A stretch of 35,060 nucleotides of DNA from Ignavibacteria bacterium (lineage in GTDB: Bacteria; Bacteroidota; Ignavibacteria; Tepidaquicellales; OLB5). Both the position numbers and the translations under genes were made by a program. Of this stretch, positions 16,585 to 26,041 are shown piece after piece. The stretch lies in NCBI GenBank assembly GCA_030835005.1, contig JAUQWT010000279.1, positions 1 through 35,060 of the forward strand, given 5' to 3'. Below the pieces are notes generated by a model. It saw nothing but the letters and a program-made list of their open reading frames with translations, was not told the origin of the DNA and searched no databases. Position 1 is the stretch's first letter. Every line of letters begins with the position of its first letter.

Positions 16585-18396
16585 ATGACTTTCAAAAAAG
16601 ATTACATAAATTACCTGTTATATACCGTCATAAACTCTTCTGTCAGCGGACTAAAAGAGAATTACCGGCTGAGAAAGCTTGTGGATAGCATTATGCTGAT
16701 TGATGATGTAATGAAAGTAACTTACCTGGTAGGTAAAACTGCAGGCCTGGATATTCTATTCAAATACCTTTTATATATTTCTGATAAGATTGATAAATCA
16801 CAGGTTACAATATTTAATCTTAAAGACAATTTTGAATATGACAGGCGGAACCTGGAAAAGATCTGTGAAAAGATAAATCAATATAAAAGTGAAAATCCGG
16901 CTACAATTGATATTATTGAAGAAAAATCACCCGAGTTAAAAGAGAGGGAGTTACAGCAAAAATCTGAAGAAGAGTCTATTGATGATGAAAACGCAGAAGA
17001 ACCATTGAATAATATTGTGGATATTGAAAACGCTCTTGAATCAGAAGAGGAAGATTCAGATCAGTCAGCAGAAGACGGCAAGCTCACCTTGATAGAAAAT
17101 GTTGAAAGTTACACCGGAGAGGCGGAAGTGTTTGAGCTGGATAGTATCAGTGAATCTGTTGAAAACTCAGACCAGGATAAAGAAGATGATTCATTGAGTG
17201 ATAATCTTAAAGGGGAAGTACTATATGAAGGTGATCAGATTGAACACGATGAGGAAGATAGTAATGGCGAATTTGCATCCGAGAATGCTGAAAATGAAGT
17301 ATTTGTACTGGATGACGATGAAGAAAATGCCGAAGAGCTTCCCGAGCTTGAGATTGAGGTTCACAAACCACTAGGAGCCTCCGGTGAAGGCGAACGCGTT
17401 AAAGAAGAATCAATAACAAATGAAGCTTACAATAAATTCGAAACAAAGTTCTTTGAAGAGGTAAAGATACTTGAAAAATTATTTGCAACTATTGAAAAAG
17501 ACTGCAGAACCGATGATGACGGCAAATTGAATGAAAAATGTCTTCAAAGCCTGACAGAAATAATCGGAATTTCCAGTGAGCTTTCAAATCTTTCGCGCCA
17601 GCTTTCGTTTGATCTTATTGCCGATATTTTCCTCACCATGAATATCTACTTTACAAAGGCAATCTCACAGCCTGTTATATTGACAGGCGAGAGGATAAAG
17701 CTTTTGGATTCATCACTGGCGCTTGTAAACAGCCTCATAAAGGGCGAAGATTATCTGAATTATGATACAATTGTAGATAGAATGGAAATGCTGAAAGCAG
17801 ATCTTGTCAAAACACAGGAAAGAACTTTTTCCGCTGAAGAAGAATCCGGTAAAGAAGATCAGGAGGAATTCAATGATGCTGAACAACACCAGATCGATCA
17901 GGATACTGAAATCAAACCGGAAGACTTGGATTCCGGGAAGAAAGAAGATGCAGCTGAAAGCAGCAAGATAGAGTTTATTCCTCTTATTGAAAAACCGGCT
18001 TTGAAGAAATCTCAGTTAGACTCAGCAGTATTTAAACTAAAATATCTTATCAGGGAATTTGAAAAGACATTTAATGCTATCAATAATCTAAAGGGTGAGT
18101 ACAGTAAATTTGATGCCTTGGAGAAGATCAGTGAGCTGAACAATGCTTTGAGGCTCATTGCAAAAATATCGGCTATTATTAAACAGAACGATGTATTGAA
18201 ACTTGCTGAAGTAACTTATGTATTCCTTAAATATGTGAAAGATTACAGAATGGACCTGCAGGAAGCAGAGATTCAGCAGATAGTAAAGTATATTATTTTT
18301 ACATTCAAGATGCTTTTGACCAGCAGGAAGCCGGAAGACTTTAATGTACTGGTCCAGCACCTGAATAATCCCGTCAAAATTTTCGCTGATTCATAA
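16585..18396 (+). CDS. hyperacidic protein of unknown function (603 aa; helical ends, long D/E-rich disordered centre)
   Basis: Long ORF. Residues about 110-270 and 410-470 are dominated by E/D/S. The flanking segments are amphipathic-helical. No motif recognised. Confidence 0.65.
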   Translation: MTFKKDYINYLLYTVINSSVSGLKENYRLRKLVDSIMLIDDVMKVTYLVGKTAGLDILFKYLLYISDKIDKSQVTIFNLKDNFEYDRRNLEKICEKINQYKSENPATIDIIEEKSPELKERELQQKSEEESIDDENAEEPLNNIVDIENALESEEEDSDQSAEDGKLTLIENVESYTGEAEVFELDSISESVENSDQDKEDDSLSDNLKGEVLYEGDQIEHDEEDSNGEFASENAENEVFVLDDDEENAEELPELEIEVHKPLGASGEGERVKEESITNEAYNKFETKFFEEVKILEKLFATIEKDCRTDDDGKLNEKCLQSLTEIIGISSELSNLSRQLSFDLIADIFLTMNIYFTKAISQPVILTGERIKLLDSSLALVNSLIKGEDYLNYDTIVDRMEMLKADLVKTQERTFSAEEESGKEDQEEFNDAEQHQIDQDTEIKPEDLDSGKKEDAAESSKIEFIPLIEKPALKKSQLDSAVFKLKYLIREFEKTFNAINNLKGEYSKFDALEKISELNNALRLIAKISAIIKQNDVLKLAEVTYVFLKYVKDYRMDLQEAEIQQIVKYIIFTFKMLLTSRKPEDFNVLVQHLNNPVKIFADS

Positions 18397-18414
18397 CAAA
18401 AAGGAAAGTAAAAC

Positions 18415-19503
18415 ATGAAATCATACGCAATAGTGATGGCCGGCGGAGTTGGCGCCAGGTTCTGGCCTTACGGCACTTCAAGACTGCCGAAGCAGTTCCT
18501 GCCTATAGCAAACTCAAATGATACAATGCTTCAGCTCACGATCAAACGTCTTCAGGATATTATTCCCATAAATCAGGTTTTTGTTGTTACTAATAAACAG
18601 TATATAAACCTGGTGAAAAAACAGCTCCCTAAGATACCGAAAGAGAATATTATCGGTGAACCGGTTGGCAGAAACACTGCACCGTGCATAGGGCTTGCCT
18701 CGATTATCTTAAGGCAATATGAAGAAAAAGCAAAGATGTTCGTTATTCCCGCTGACCATATAATAGAGAATGTTGATGAGTTTACCAAAGCAGTAAACAC
18801 AGGCTTAAAATTTGTTGAAGAAAAAGATGCAATTGTTACTCTTGGAATTGTACCAACGCACCCCGAAACCGGGTATGGATATATACAATTTATTGAAGAT
18901 GCCTATTATAGAGAACCTGACAGTAATGTGAATATCTTCCGAGTGAAGACGTTTGCCGAAAAGCCCACAATTGATGTTGCAAAAGTATTTCTTGAAAGCG
19001 GAGACTTTCTGTGGAACAGCGGCATGTTCATTTTCAGAGCTGATACTATGCTGAAGGAAATGGAAAACTACCTTCCCGATCTTTATCATGCGCTTCAGAA
19101 GATTGAAAAAGCAATTCACTCTGCTAAATACCAAAATATCCTCGAACAGGTATTTGCTGAGATAAAAGGCATATCTATAGATTATGGCATCATGGAAAAA
19201 GCTAAGAATGTATATGTGATAAAAGCTGATCTTAAATGGAGCGATCTTGGCAGCTGGGATGAAGTTTTCAGACTCAGAAAAAAGGACAAAAATGACAATG
19301 CGATTATTGGTGACAGTTTTATTAAAGACTCAAATAATAACTTAATAATGTCAACCAAAGGATTTGTTGGAGTCATTGGCGCTGATGACCTGATAATTAT
19401 AAATACAAAAGACGGCCTTCTTGTGTGCAGGAAAAACAGAAGCCAGGAAGTAAAAGAAATAGTTGATTATCTAAAAAGAAAGGGATTAAGCGATTATATA
19501 TGA
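18415..19503 (+). CDS. manC: mannose-1-phosphate guanylyltransferase (GDP-mannose pyrophosphorylase, no PMI domain)
   Basis: N-terminus VMAGGVGARFWPYGTSRLPKQFL (G-rich NTP-transferase loop plus PKQFL). Also GYGYIQ and WSDLGSWDEV motifs. Confidence 0.85.
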   Translation: MKSYAIVMAGGVGARFWPYGTSRLPKQFLPIANSNDTMLQLTIKRLQDIIPINQVFVVTNKQYINLVKKQLPKIPKENIIGEPVGRNTAPCIGLASIILRQYEEKAKMFVIPADHIIENVDEFTKAVNTGLKFVEEKDAIVTLGIVPTHPETGYGYIQFIEDAYYREPDSNVNIFRVKTFAEKPTIDVAKVFLESGDFLWNSGMFIFRADTMLKEMENYLPDLYHALQKIEKAIHSAKYQNILEQVFAEIKGISIDYGIMEKAKNVYVIKADLKWSDLGSWDEVFRLRKKDKNDNAIIGDSFIKDSNNNLIMSTKGFVGVIGADDLIIINTKDGLLVCRKNRSQEVKEIVDYLKRKGLSDYI

Positions 19504-19898
19504 TAAACAAGATATCACATTTGGGTATAGCCGTAAAAGATCTTAAATCGGCATCTGAAATGTACAGAAAACTTCTGCAGTCAGAACCATCTGAAATGGA
19601 ATATGTCGCAGAGCAGAAAGTAAATGTTGTTAAATTCAATATAGGTCAATCAACAATAGAGCTTCTTGAAGGGACTTCTGAGGACTCTCCAATATCCAGG
19701 TTTATCGAAAAACGGGGAGAAGGGATACACCACGTTGCTTATGAATCTGACGACGTAAAAAGTGAATTGAAACGCCTAGATGAATCCGGTTTCGAACTCA
19801 TTAACAAAGAACCGAGAATTGGTTCAGATAACATGCTGATTGCTTTTGTAAAGCCGAAATCTGTTGGCGGAGTATTGACTGAAGTCTGCCAGCATTAA
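19500..19898 (+). CDS. mce: methylmalonyl-CoA epimerase (VOC/glyoxalase family)
   Basis: ISHLGIAVKDL...IELLEG...SPISRFIEKRGEGIHHVAYESDD...PRIGSDNMLIAFVKPKSVGGVLTE. The start overlaps the manC stop (ATGA). Confidence 0.8.
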   Translation: MINKISHLGIAVKDLKSASEMYRKLLQSEPSEMEYVAEQKVNVVKFNIGQSTIELLEGTSEDSPISRFIEKRGEGIHHVAYESDDVKSELKRLDESGFELINKEPRIGSDNMLIAFVKPKSVGGVLTEVCQH

Positions 19899-19927
19899 GA
19901 CTTTTTGATAATATTATTAAATTGTGA

Positions 19928-21094
19928 TTGACCACTCACCCGGATAAAATACTTTTCATTGCAGAAGGGCAGCTTGGTGACAACCTGTTATTGGGACCGG
20001 CTATAAGAGCTTATAAACAGAAGTTCCCGAACAGCCTAGTGACTGTGCTTATTATGCATAGGAGAATGTATACTAGAGATTCTGGACCTTCAGGTGATAA
20101 GCTTTCTCTGATTTATGAAAGCAATTATACCGGAACCTCGGAAGTTTACAGAAATCACCCCTATGTTGATGAAGTAATAGAAATTGACAGGAAAACTTTA
20201 AGAGAACTAAAAGGCATTAAACGTGTAAAAGCTGAGTGGGCCTGCATTAGTTATGTACGAAAACAGAAATTCTCCGCAGCAGTATGTACATTCCCCTCAG
20301 AGAGATTTTCAACACTGGCATTTCTATCGGGAATAAAAGTGAGGATTGGAGACAAGGATCAGAAATTAAGTTATCTGTTGACCAATATACCTGAAAAGTG
20401 CACTAAAGATCTGAATGTTCTTGAATATTACTGCTGCCTGCTTGAGCCGCTGGGTGTTAAGTGTACTTCAAAAGAGACTTTTTTTAATATTTCAGGGACT
20501 GCGGAACAATTTGCAGATAGTTTCTTTGAAGAACACGGAATCTCAGAATCAAAAAAAGTAATAGCCATTCACCCGGGAGCCAGTCTGAAATCCAGACAGA
20601 TGTCTCCCCAATTCTTTGCAGAACTTGTGAATATGCTGGTCAAGAAAGGGCATTATGATGTGTTTCTTTGTTTCAGTGAATTTGACAGGGCTTATATATA
20701 TATCCTGAGGAAATACCTTGATAGACCAATACCCGAAGCTGAAACTACAGTCCCCGAACTTGCAGCACTTCTGAAAAATTGCAGCCTGGCTATAATGCCT
20801 GATTCAGGTCCGCGGCATCTTGCTGCTGCTGTGGGTACAAAGACAATTGCGCTTATGCAGGACTTTGCCGGAAAAAGATGGGAGATCTATGCGGATGAAT
20901 CCAGGCATGCAGTAATAATGTCACACAATATCTGTGAAACCTGCAAAAGAGACGGAAAATGTTATGGCTACACGCCGGAAGGCGAAATATATGGCAGCAG
21001 ATGTATGAGTTCAATAAAGCCGGCAGATGTCTTTTCAAGAGTAGAATCATTTCTAAATTATAAGTATTTTTCAGAAACAAATGAAAATAAATGA
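19928..21094 (+). CDS. glycosyltransferase family 9 (LPS heptosyltransferase-like)
   Basis: GQLGDNLLLGPAIRAYKQKFP at the N-terminus, MPDSGPRHLAAAVGT, and a Cys-rich C-terminus (CETCKRDGKC...CM) typical of GT9. TTG start. Confidence 0.8.
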   Translation: MTTHPDKILFIAEGQLGDNLLLGPAIRAYKQKFPNSLVTVLIMHRRMYTRDSGPSGDKLSLIYESNYTGTSEVYRNHPYVDEVIEIDRKTLRELKGIKRVKAEWACISYVRKQKFSAAVCTFPSERFSTLAFLSGIKVRIGDKDQKLSYLLTNIPEKCTKDLNVLEYYCCLLEPLGVKCTSKETFFNISGTAEQFADSFFEEHGISESKKVIAIHPGASLKSRQMSPQFFAELVNMLVKKGHYDVFLCFSEFDRAYIYILRKYLDRPIPEAETTVPELAALLKNCSLAIMPDSGPRHLAAAVGTKTIALMQDFAGKRWEIYADESRHAVIMSHNICETCKRDGKCYGYTPEGEIYGSRCMSSIKPADVFSRVESFLNYKYFSETNENK

Positions 21095-21558
21095 AGAAAA
21101 CAATTCTGACTATAGCTCTGGCAATTTTCTCTTTATGCGGAGAATTTATGGCACAGAATAGCGATATGAAAAAGCTTGAGTGGATTGTTGATAATTGGAT
21201 AAGTTCAACAGGTGAAACCAAATCCTATGAACATTGGCAAAAAATAGATGATGAGCATTTTGTTGGCGGCTCAGAAACCGTAAAGAATGGTGATACACTG
21301 TTTTCAGAAACGCTTAAGCTTGAAAAGCAAACTGAAGGAATATTTTATATTGCAGATGTTAAGCATAATCCCGCACCTGTAAAATTTAAGCTTATTGAAG
21401 TTACAGATACTTCTGCAGTGTTCGTGAATCCTGATCATGATTTTCCACAGAAGATATCGTACGAGAATAAAGATGGCAATCTTCATGCATGGATAGAGGG
21501 TCCCGGTAAGAACGGCACGTGGAAGAAGGTTGATTTCTTGATGATAAAAATGAGATAG
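21091..21558 (+). CDS. secreted lipocalin-like protein (DUF6265-like)
   Basis: Signal peptide present. LEWIVDNWIS...YEHWQK...FVNPDHDFPQKISYEN fits the DUF6265 pattern as I recall it. The start overlaps the GT9 stop (ATGA). Confidence 0.6.
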   Translation: MKKTILTIALAIFSLCGEFMAQNSDMKKLEWIVDNWISSTGETKSYEHWQKIDDEHFVGGSETVKNGDTLFSETLKLEKQTEGIFYIADVKHNPAPVKFKLIEVTDTSAVFVNPDHDFPQKISYENKDGNLHAWIEGPGKNGTWKKVDFLMIKMR

Positions 21559-21564
21559 ACCTTT

Positions 21565-22386
21565 ATGTTCGATCAATATACACTACAAAAAGCTATCGAA
21601 ATGGTTCTGGAGTACCTGCCAAAGCTTGCTCTGGCACTGCTTACTCTTGTTGCAGGCTTATGGTTAATCAAACAGCTGATCAAATTCATCAGCCGTTTAA
21701 TGGAAGCTCGTAAAGTGGACGAATCACTTCGTCCCTTTTTCAGGTCAATGATATCTATTATACTAAAAGTACTGCTGGTGATCAGCGTAATGGGTATGAT
21801 AGGCATAGAGATGACTTCCTTTATTGCATTGATTGGAGCAATTGGCATATCTATTGGAATGGCACTTTCAGGTTCGCTGCAGCATTTTGCAGGCGGTGTG
21901 CTGCTTCTTATCTACAAGCCGTTCAGGAAAGGAGATTTCATAGAAGCACAGGGACATAAAGGTACCGTCAGAGAACTCAGAATTTTTAATACGGTATTAA
22001 ATACTTTAGATAATAAGGTCGTGTTTATTCCCAACGGACCTCTCTCAACCGGCACAGTTGTTAATTATACTACAGAGCCCAAACGCCGGTTAGATCTTGT
22101 TTACGGAATTAGCTACAACAATGACCTGGATGTGGCCAAAAATGTTCTCGATAAGATTATCAGGAATTACCCACGTACAGTGAACGACCCGCCTCATGTA
22201 ATTGGCGTAAAAGAACTGGGAGCAAGCTCTGTTAATATTGAAATAAGAGTGTGGGTTGAGACAACAGATGTAATTGATGCCGGCTTTTACTTTAACGAGA
22301 CAGTGAAAAAGGAATTTGACAGAAATGGCATCAGTATTCCGTATCCGCAAATGGATGTCCATATTAAAGACAAGAATTCTGAGTGA
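21565..22386 (+). CDS. mscS: small-conductance mechanosensitive channel (MscS family)
   Basis: Three N-terminal TM helices followed by KPFRKGDFIEAQGHKGTVRELRIFNTVLNTLDNKVVFIPNGPL and a C-terminal alpha/beta domain. Confidence 0.85.
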   Translation: MFDQYTLQKAIEMVLEYLPKLALALLTLVAGLWLIKQLIKFISRLMEARKVDESLRPFFRSMISIILKVLLVISVMGMIGIEMTSFIALIGAIGISIGMALSGSLQHFAGGVLLLIYKPFRKGDFIEAQGHKGTVRELRIFNTVLNTLDNKVVFIPNGPLSTGTVVNYTTEPKRRLDLVYGISYNNDLDVAKNVLDKIIRNYPRTVNDPPHVIGVKELGASSVNIEIRVWVETTDVIDAGFYFNETVKKEFDRNGISIPYPQMDVHIKDKNSE

Positions 22387-22389
22387 TCA

Positions 22390-24393
22390 TTGTCAAATCC
22401 TGAAAATAAATCACTGAGTATTCCATTTTTACTTTTTTGCCTGCTCATTGTTTCTGTACCCTTTACTATAACAACTTACCTTAATAATCAATCCGATCTT
22501 CCCAAAAATGCAGCACTTCAAATTACTGTGAGCATGTTCGTTTTTTCAGTAATCTGGATCTATTTTAAGAAGATGATCAAAAGAGGCAGTGAAGACGACC
22601 AAGGCATACTTATCTTCAACAAACAGCTTGATCCATTTGTATTGTCATTCTTACTTGCTGCAATACTCTCCACGGTGTTCTCATTGAATTCATATATTAG
22701 TTTTGCCGGCCAGTACGAAAGGCAATATGGCTTATCTCTTATTATCTTTGTAACGTTGTTCTATTTCTTTTCTTCTGTGGTTTATAAGGAAGAAAAGAAT
22801 ATCCCTCGTATATTGTTAATAACGGAAATCGTTTCTGCTGTTGTTGCCTCTTATGCTATCTTGCTGTGGTTTGGCATTGACCTGCTTGAATTACAGCCTC
22901 TAAATGACAAGCGGCCGGTTTCATTACTCGGTAACGCCGTGTTTACAGGCGGATTCCTGGCAATGAATCTGCCTGTTTCAATGCTAAATGTTTCGGGAAA
23001 AAAAAATCTGGTAATCAGGATTATTTTTCCGCTTATAATAGCGCTTGGAATAATAATTACCGGAACACGCTCTGCATATATGGCCGTAATTGCAATGCTT
23101 ATGGTTCTTGCTGTATTCTATCCTGTTGCGGCAGGAACACGCGGAAAAAGCTTTCGGAAAAAGATAATATTAAGCTTATTAATACTTTCCGGCGGAATTG
23201 TACTGACAATACTGATTATCTTTTTGTTCAACTCTAATCCCTTTGTGCAAAGAGCCCTAAGCATTTTTTCAAGCGGTGATAACCCAAGGTTAGTGCTTTG
23301 GCATGATTCGATTAATGTTTTTCTGAAATACCCGATGTTCGGGCCCGGTCTTGGAATGTTCCCCAATGCGCTGGAAGAATTTTATTCTATCAGGCTTCGT
23401 AATGATGAGATAAGAAGATATTTTGATAATGCACACAGTAATTATATCCAGACCCTCTGCACTATGGGAATAACCGGATTGATTGTTTACATGCTTGTTC
23501 TTTTTGCCGGCATCAAGGCATGCATAAAAAGCATATTTTCTCAATCAGATAAGAATGAAAAGAGGGTATTTCTTTCGCTTCTTTGTGTTATTGCCGCCTA
23601 TTCTGTATATGGGCTTACAAATTTTGATGAGATTGCCATTACTCTCTATCTTTTCATTTATCTTTCAATAATACGCTTTCTGTATAAAAATGATTCTGCA
23701 CGGAAGCTCCGAATTTCGGATACTAAACCAGTCCCGGCAATTCTCGTTTCAGTGTTAATAATTTTGTTCTGTTCTTATAGTATGTATAATATAATTGATA
23801 ATGTAAGGGCTGATAGAAATTATCTTGAAGGAGTAATGTATTTTTCAAATCAGAAGTTTACAGAAGGCGTTAACAAGATGAACAGTGCTATAACGCTCAA
23901 TGGTGAATGCGGATACTACAGGTATAACCTGGCTTCGAATGTTTACAGCTTTGCGTCATCAAACAATAAGCTGAGCATAGAAAGCAGGAACAATCTCCTG
24001 AAACAGGCTGCAGAAGAAATGCTGAGAGCCAGAAAAACCTTTATAAGTATAAACAGTTGTGATGCTATGCTGGCTATGATGTATTACGAAATAGGAGAGA
24101 CAGCTAGAGCTGATAGCATCAAGGACGAAGTTCTTATGCGGGATCCTGTCAGTATGAGTCTAAGGCTGAATCTTATTGTTTATTATTCAAAGGTCGATAA
24201 AACGGATAAGGCGCGTGAGAATCTTGAATATGTTTTGAAAACCGGATTTGAATCTGTTGGGGTGTGGAATGCAGCAGCATTTTATTATTACAAGACAGGC
24301 AACAAAGAAAAGGCTTCGCTTTATTATAACAAAATACTAAGTAGGGAACCCGGTAACAAAGCAGTTATCGAAATGCTTGATAAACTCAAATGA
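22390..24393 (+). CDS. O-antigen ligase (Wzy_C) family membrane protein with C-terminal TPR-like domain
   Basis: Polytopic N-terminal 450 aa with ITGTRSAYMAVIA and a periplasmic loop ...FDNAHSNYIQTLCTMGITG. The C-terminal roughly 200 aa are helical repeats (AAAFYYYKTGNKEKASLYYNKIL). TTG start. Confidence 0.8.
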   Translation: MSNPENKSLSIPFLLFCLLIVSVPFTITTYLNNQSDLPKNAALQITVSMFVFSVIWIYFKKMIKRGSEDDQGILIFNKQLDPFVLSFLLAAILSTVFSLNSYISFAGQYERQYGLSLIIFVTLFYFFSSVVYKEEKNIPRILLITEIVSAVVASYAILLWFGIDLLELQPLNDKRPVSLLGNAVFTGGFLAMNLPVSMLNVSGKKNLVIRIIFPLIIALGIIITGTRSAYMAVIAMLMVLAVFYPVAAGTRGKSFRKKIILSLLILSGGIVLTILIIFLFNSNPFVQRALSIFSSGDNPRLVLWHDSINVFLKYPMFGPGLGMFPNALEEFYSIRLRNDEIRRYFDNAHSNYIQTLCTMGITGLIVYMLVLFAGIKACIKSIFSQSDKNEKRVFLSLLCVIAAYSVYGLTNFDEIAITLYLFIYLSIIRFLYKNDSARKLRISDTKPVPAILVSVLIILFCSYSMYNIIDNVRADRNYLEGVMYFSNQKFTEGVNKMNSAITLNGECGYYRYNLASNVYSFASSNNKLSIESRNNLLKQAAEEMLRARKTFISINSCDAMLAMMYYEIGETARADSIKDEVLMRDPVSMSLRLNLIVYYSKVDKTDKARENLEYVLKTGFESVGVWNAAAFYYYKTGNKEKASLYYNKILSREPGNKAVIEMLDKLK

Positions 24394-24414
24394 TATTTCG
24401 GAAATAGAATAAAT

Positions 24415-24781
24415 GGAAAGCTCATAAGCCGGATTTTGTATATTTCCGTTTAACGGGAAAATAGCAGCCATTTATCTGATGCAGCCTACCCTGTATCGCA
24501 CCGCACAAGGCGGATTTGAGCGAGCAGCCCAAAAGCGATACTTTACGCGGCCTTGCACTCTTGCGGGGTTTATCTTGCAGCAGAAATTACTTCCTGCACG
24601 GTGGTCTCTTACACCGCCTTTTCACCTTTTCCCCGGTTGCCCGGAGTAGTTTATTTTCTGTGATACTATCCGTTACAGCAGGTTTACCCAGCTGTACCCG
24701 TGCTTTCACACGGCGCATTGCTCTTGAGTGTCCGGACTTTCCTCCCTCAGTACTATCTGAGAGCGGCTGCCTGAGCCTTCC
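24415..24781 (-). ncRNA. rnpB: RNase P RNA, bacterial type A
   Basis: The minus strand contains GGGAGGAAAGTCCGGACAC (P4 5' strand), ACAGAAAA, GGTGAAAAGG, GGTGTAAGAGACCACC and the 3' AAAATCCGGCTTATGAGCTTTCC. The P1 stem forms between GGAAGGCTCA (5') and TGAGCTTTCC (3'). G+C is high in an AT-rich context. Ends are good to about +/-10 nt. Confidence 0.9.
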
Positions 24782-24875
24782 AATTATAGAGATAAAAATA
24801 ATGAATATTTATCCGAACTTTAAGTAAGAAAATATTCCGAAAAGGCTATAAATGTTAATTTTTGATAAAAATTTG

Positions 24876-25301
24876 TCAGAGGCTGTTCTTGTTATCAATT
24901 CCCTGGTTTGCCAGATTATCGGCTACTTTGTTCAGGCTTCTTTCAACATGTCTGAATGTGTAAGGAAACCTAAATGAACTTAGTTCAGAAACAGCAGAAT
25001 TATAAAGCGGTTTCAGTCCGCTATCTTTTACTTTGTACAGTTTTTTGAGCTGTTTTATCATCAGTTCGCTATCAGCATTGAATTCAACGAATTCAATTTC
25101 AATTGTCTGATTCAATTTCTTAATGATCTGAATACTCTTAACAAGGGCTAAATATTCGGCCTGATTATTTGTGGTCTTGCCAACAAATTCGTTCCACTTC
25201 TTAATGACTTTACCTGTCTCATCATAAATAACTACGCCTATTCCGGATTCTCCCGGATTACCTCTTGACGCGCCGTCTGTAAAAACTTTAAGCTTTGCCA
25301 A
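24876..25301 (-). CDS. rnhA: ribonuclease HI (type 1 RNase H)
   Basis: VFTDGASRGNPGESGIGVVI (first catalytic Asp), NNQAEYLAL (Glu), ADSELM (Asp), NKVADNLAN (Asp). 141 aa. Confidence 0.85.
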   Translation of the reverse strand: MAKLKVFTDGASRGNPGESGIGVVIYDETGKVIKKWNEFVGKTTNNQAEYLALVKSIQIIKKLNQTIEIEFVEFNADSELMIKQLKKLYKVKDSGLKPLYNSAVSELSSFRFPYTFRHVERSLNKVADNLANQGIDNKNSL

Positions 25302-25309
25302 TTACTATT

Positions 25310-26041
25310 TTATGCAATGATGGTTTCTTCTGCAATTAGTATCCGGCCGCATGATTCACATGCATAGAATTTTTCAGCCATACGTATCTCAATTGCTTTT
25401 TGAGGCGGTATAGAGCTATAACAGCCCAGACAAGAACCTTTCCTGACAACAGCAATTGCTTCACCATACAATACTTTGCTTATCCTGTCATAATAAGCCA
25501 GGTCTTCAGAGTCTATTTGCTCTAATATCGCTTCTCTTTGCTGTTTAAGTTCACCCTCTTCTTCAACGGTCTGTTTGGAAACTTCCTCAAGCTCTTTTTT
25601 ATTATGCTCAAGCTCGTCATTGATCTCATCCAGCTGCCCGTTAATAAGCACCATCTCATTTTCAATAGCTGCTTTTCTTCCCGAGTTATCATCCTTTGAA
25701 GCTTTTTCATTTGCTTTGATCTTTGACTTCGCGTCTTCTATCTCTTTAGCCAGAGCATCGTACTCCTTATTTGAATTGACGGCTCCGCTTCTTAGGAGTT
25801 CATCATTCTTTTCAATTTTTACAAGCAAAGCGTCATTTTCCAACTGAACATTATTCTCGGCAGCTTCAATCTCGTTTAGCTCATCCTGCAGTTCAGCGGC
25901 TCTCTCGTCGAGCTCACTTTTTTCTGCGTTCAGGTCTTCGATCTTCGATGGAATATCACCTCTTAAGCTGTACAGCTCATGAAGCTCTTTATCTATATGA
26001 TTAAGCTTGTACAAGTGCAGTAATCTTTCTTTCATGCTCAT
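25310..26041 (-). CDS. coiled-coil protein with C-terminal C4 zinc ribbon (COG1579 / DUF164 / zf-RING_7 family, HP0958-like)
   Basis: About 190 aa of heptad-rich E/K/L sequence, followed by CLGC...(21)...CESCGRIL. The start overlaps the stop of the upstream NIF3-like gene. Confidence 0.8.
   Translation of the reverse strand: MSMKERLLHLYKLNHIDKELHELYSLRGDIPSKIEDLNAEKSELDERAAELQDELNEIEAAENNVQLENDALLVKIEKNDELLRSGAVNSNKEYDALAKEIEDAKSKIKANEKASKDDNSGRKAAIENEMVLINGQLDEINDELEHNKKELEEVSKQTVEEEGELKQQREAILEQIDSEDLAYYDRISKVLYGEAIAVVRKGSCLGCYSSIPPQKAIEIRMAEKFYACESCGRILIAEETIIA

Noticed and set aside
24516-24827. 103-aa plus-strand ORF (MSEQPKSDTLRGLALLRGLS...)
   Set aside because: It lies entirely antisense to RNase P RNA. 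The open frame comes from the GC-rich structured RNA gene, and its composition (R/L/S/C-rich) is not protein-like.
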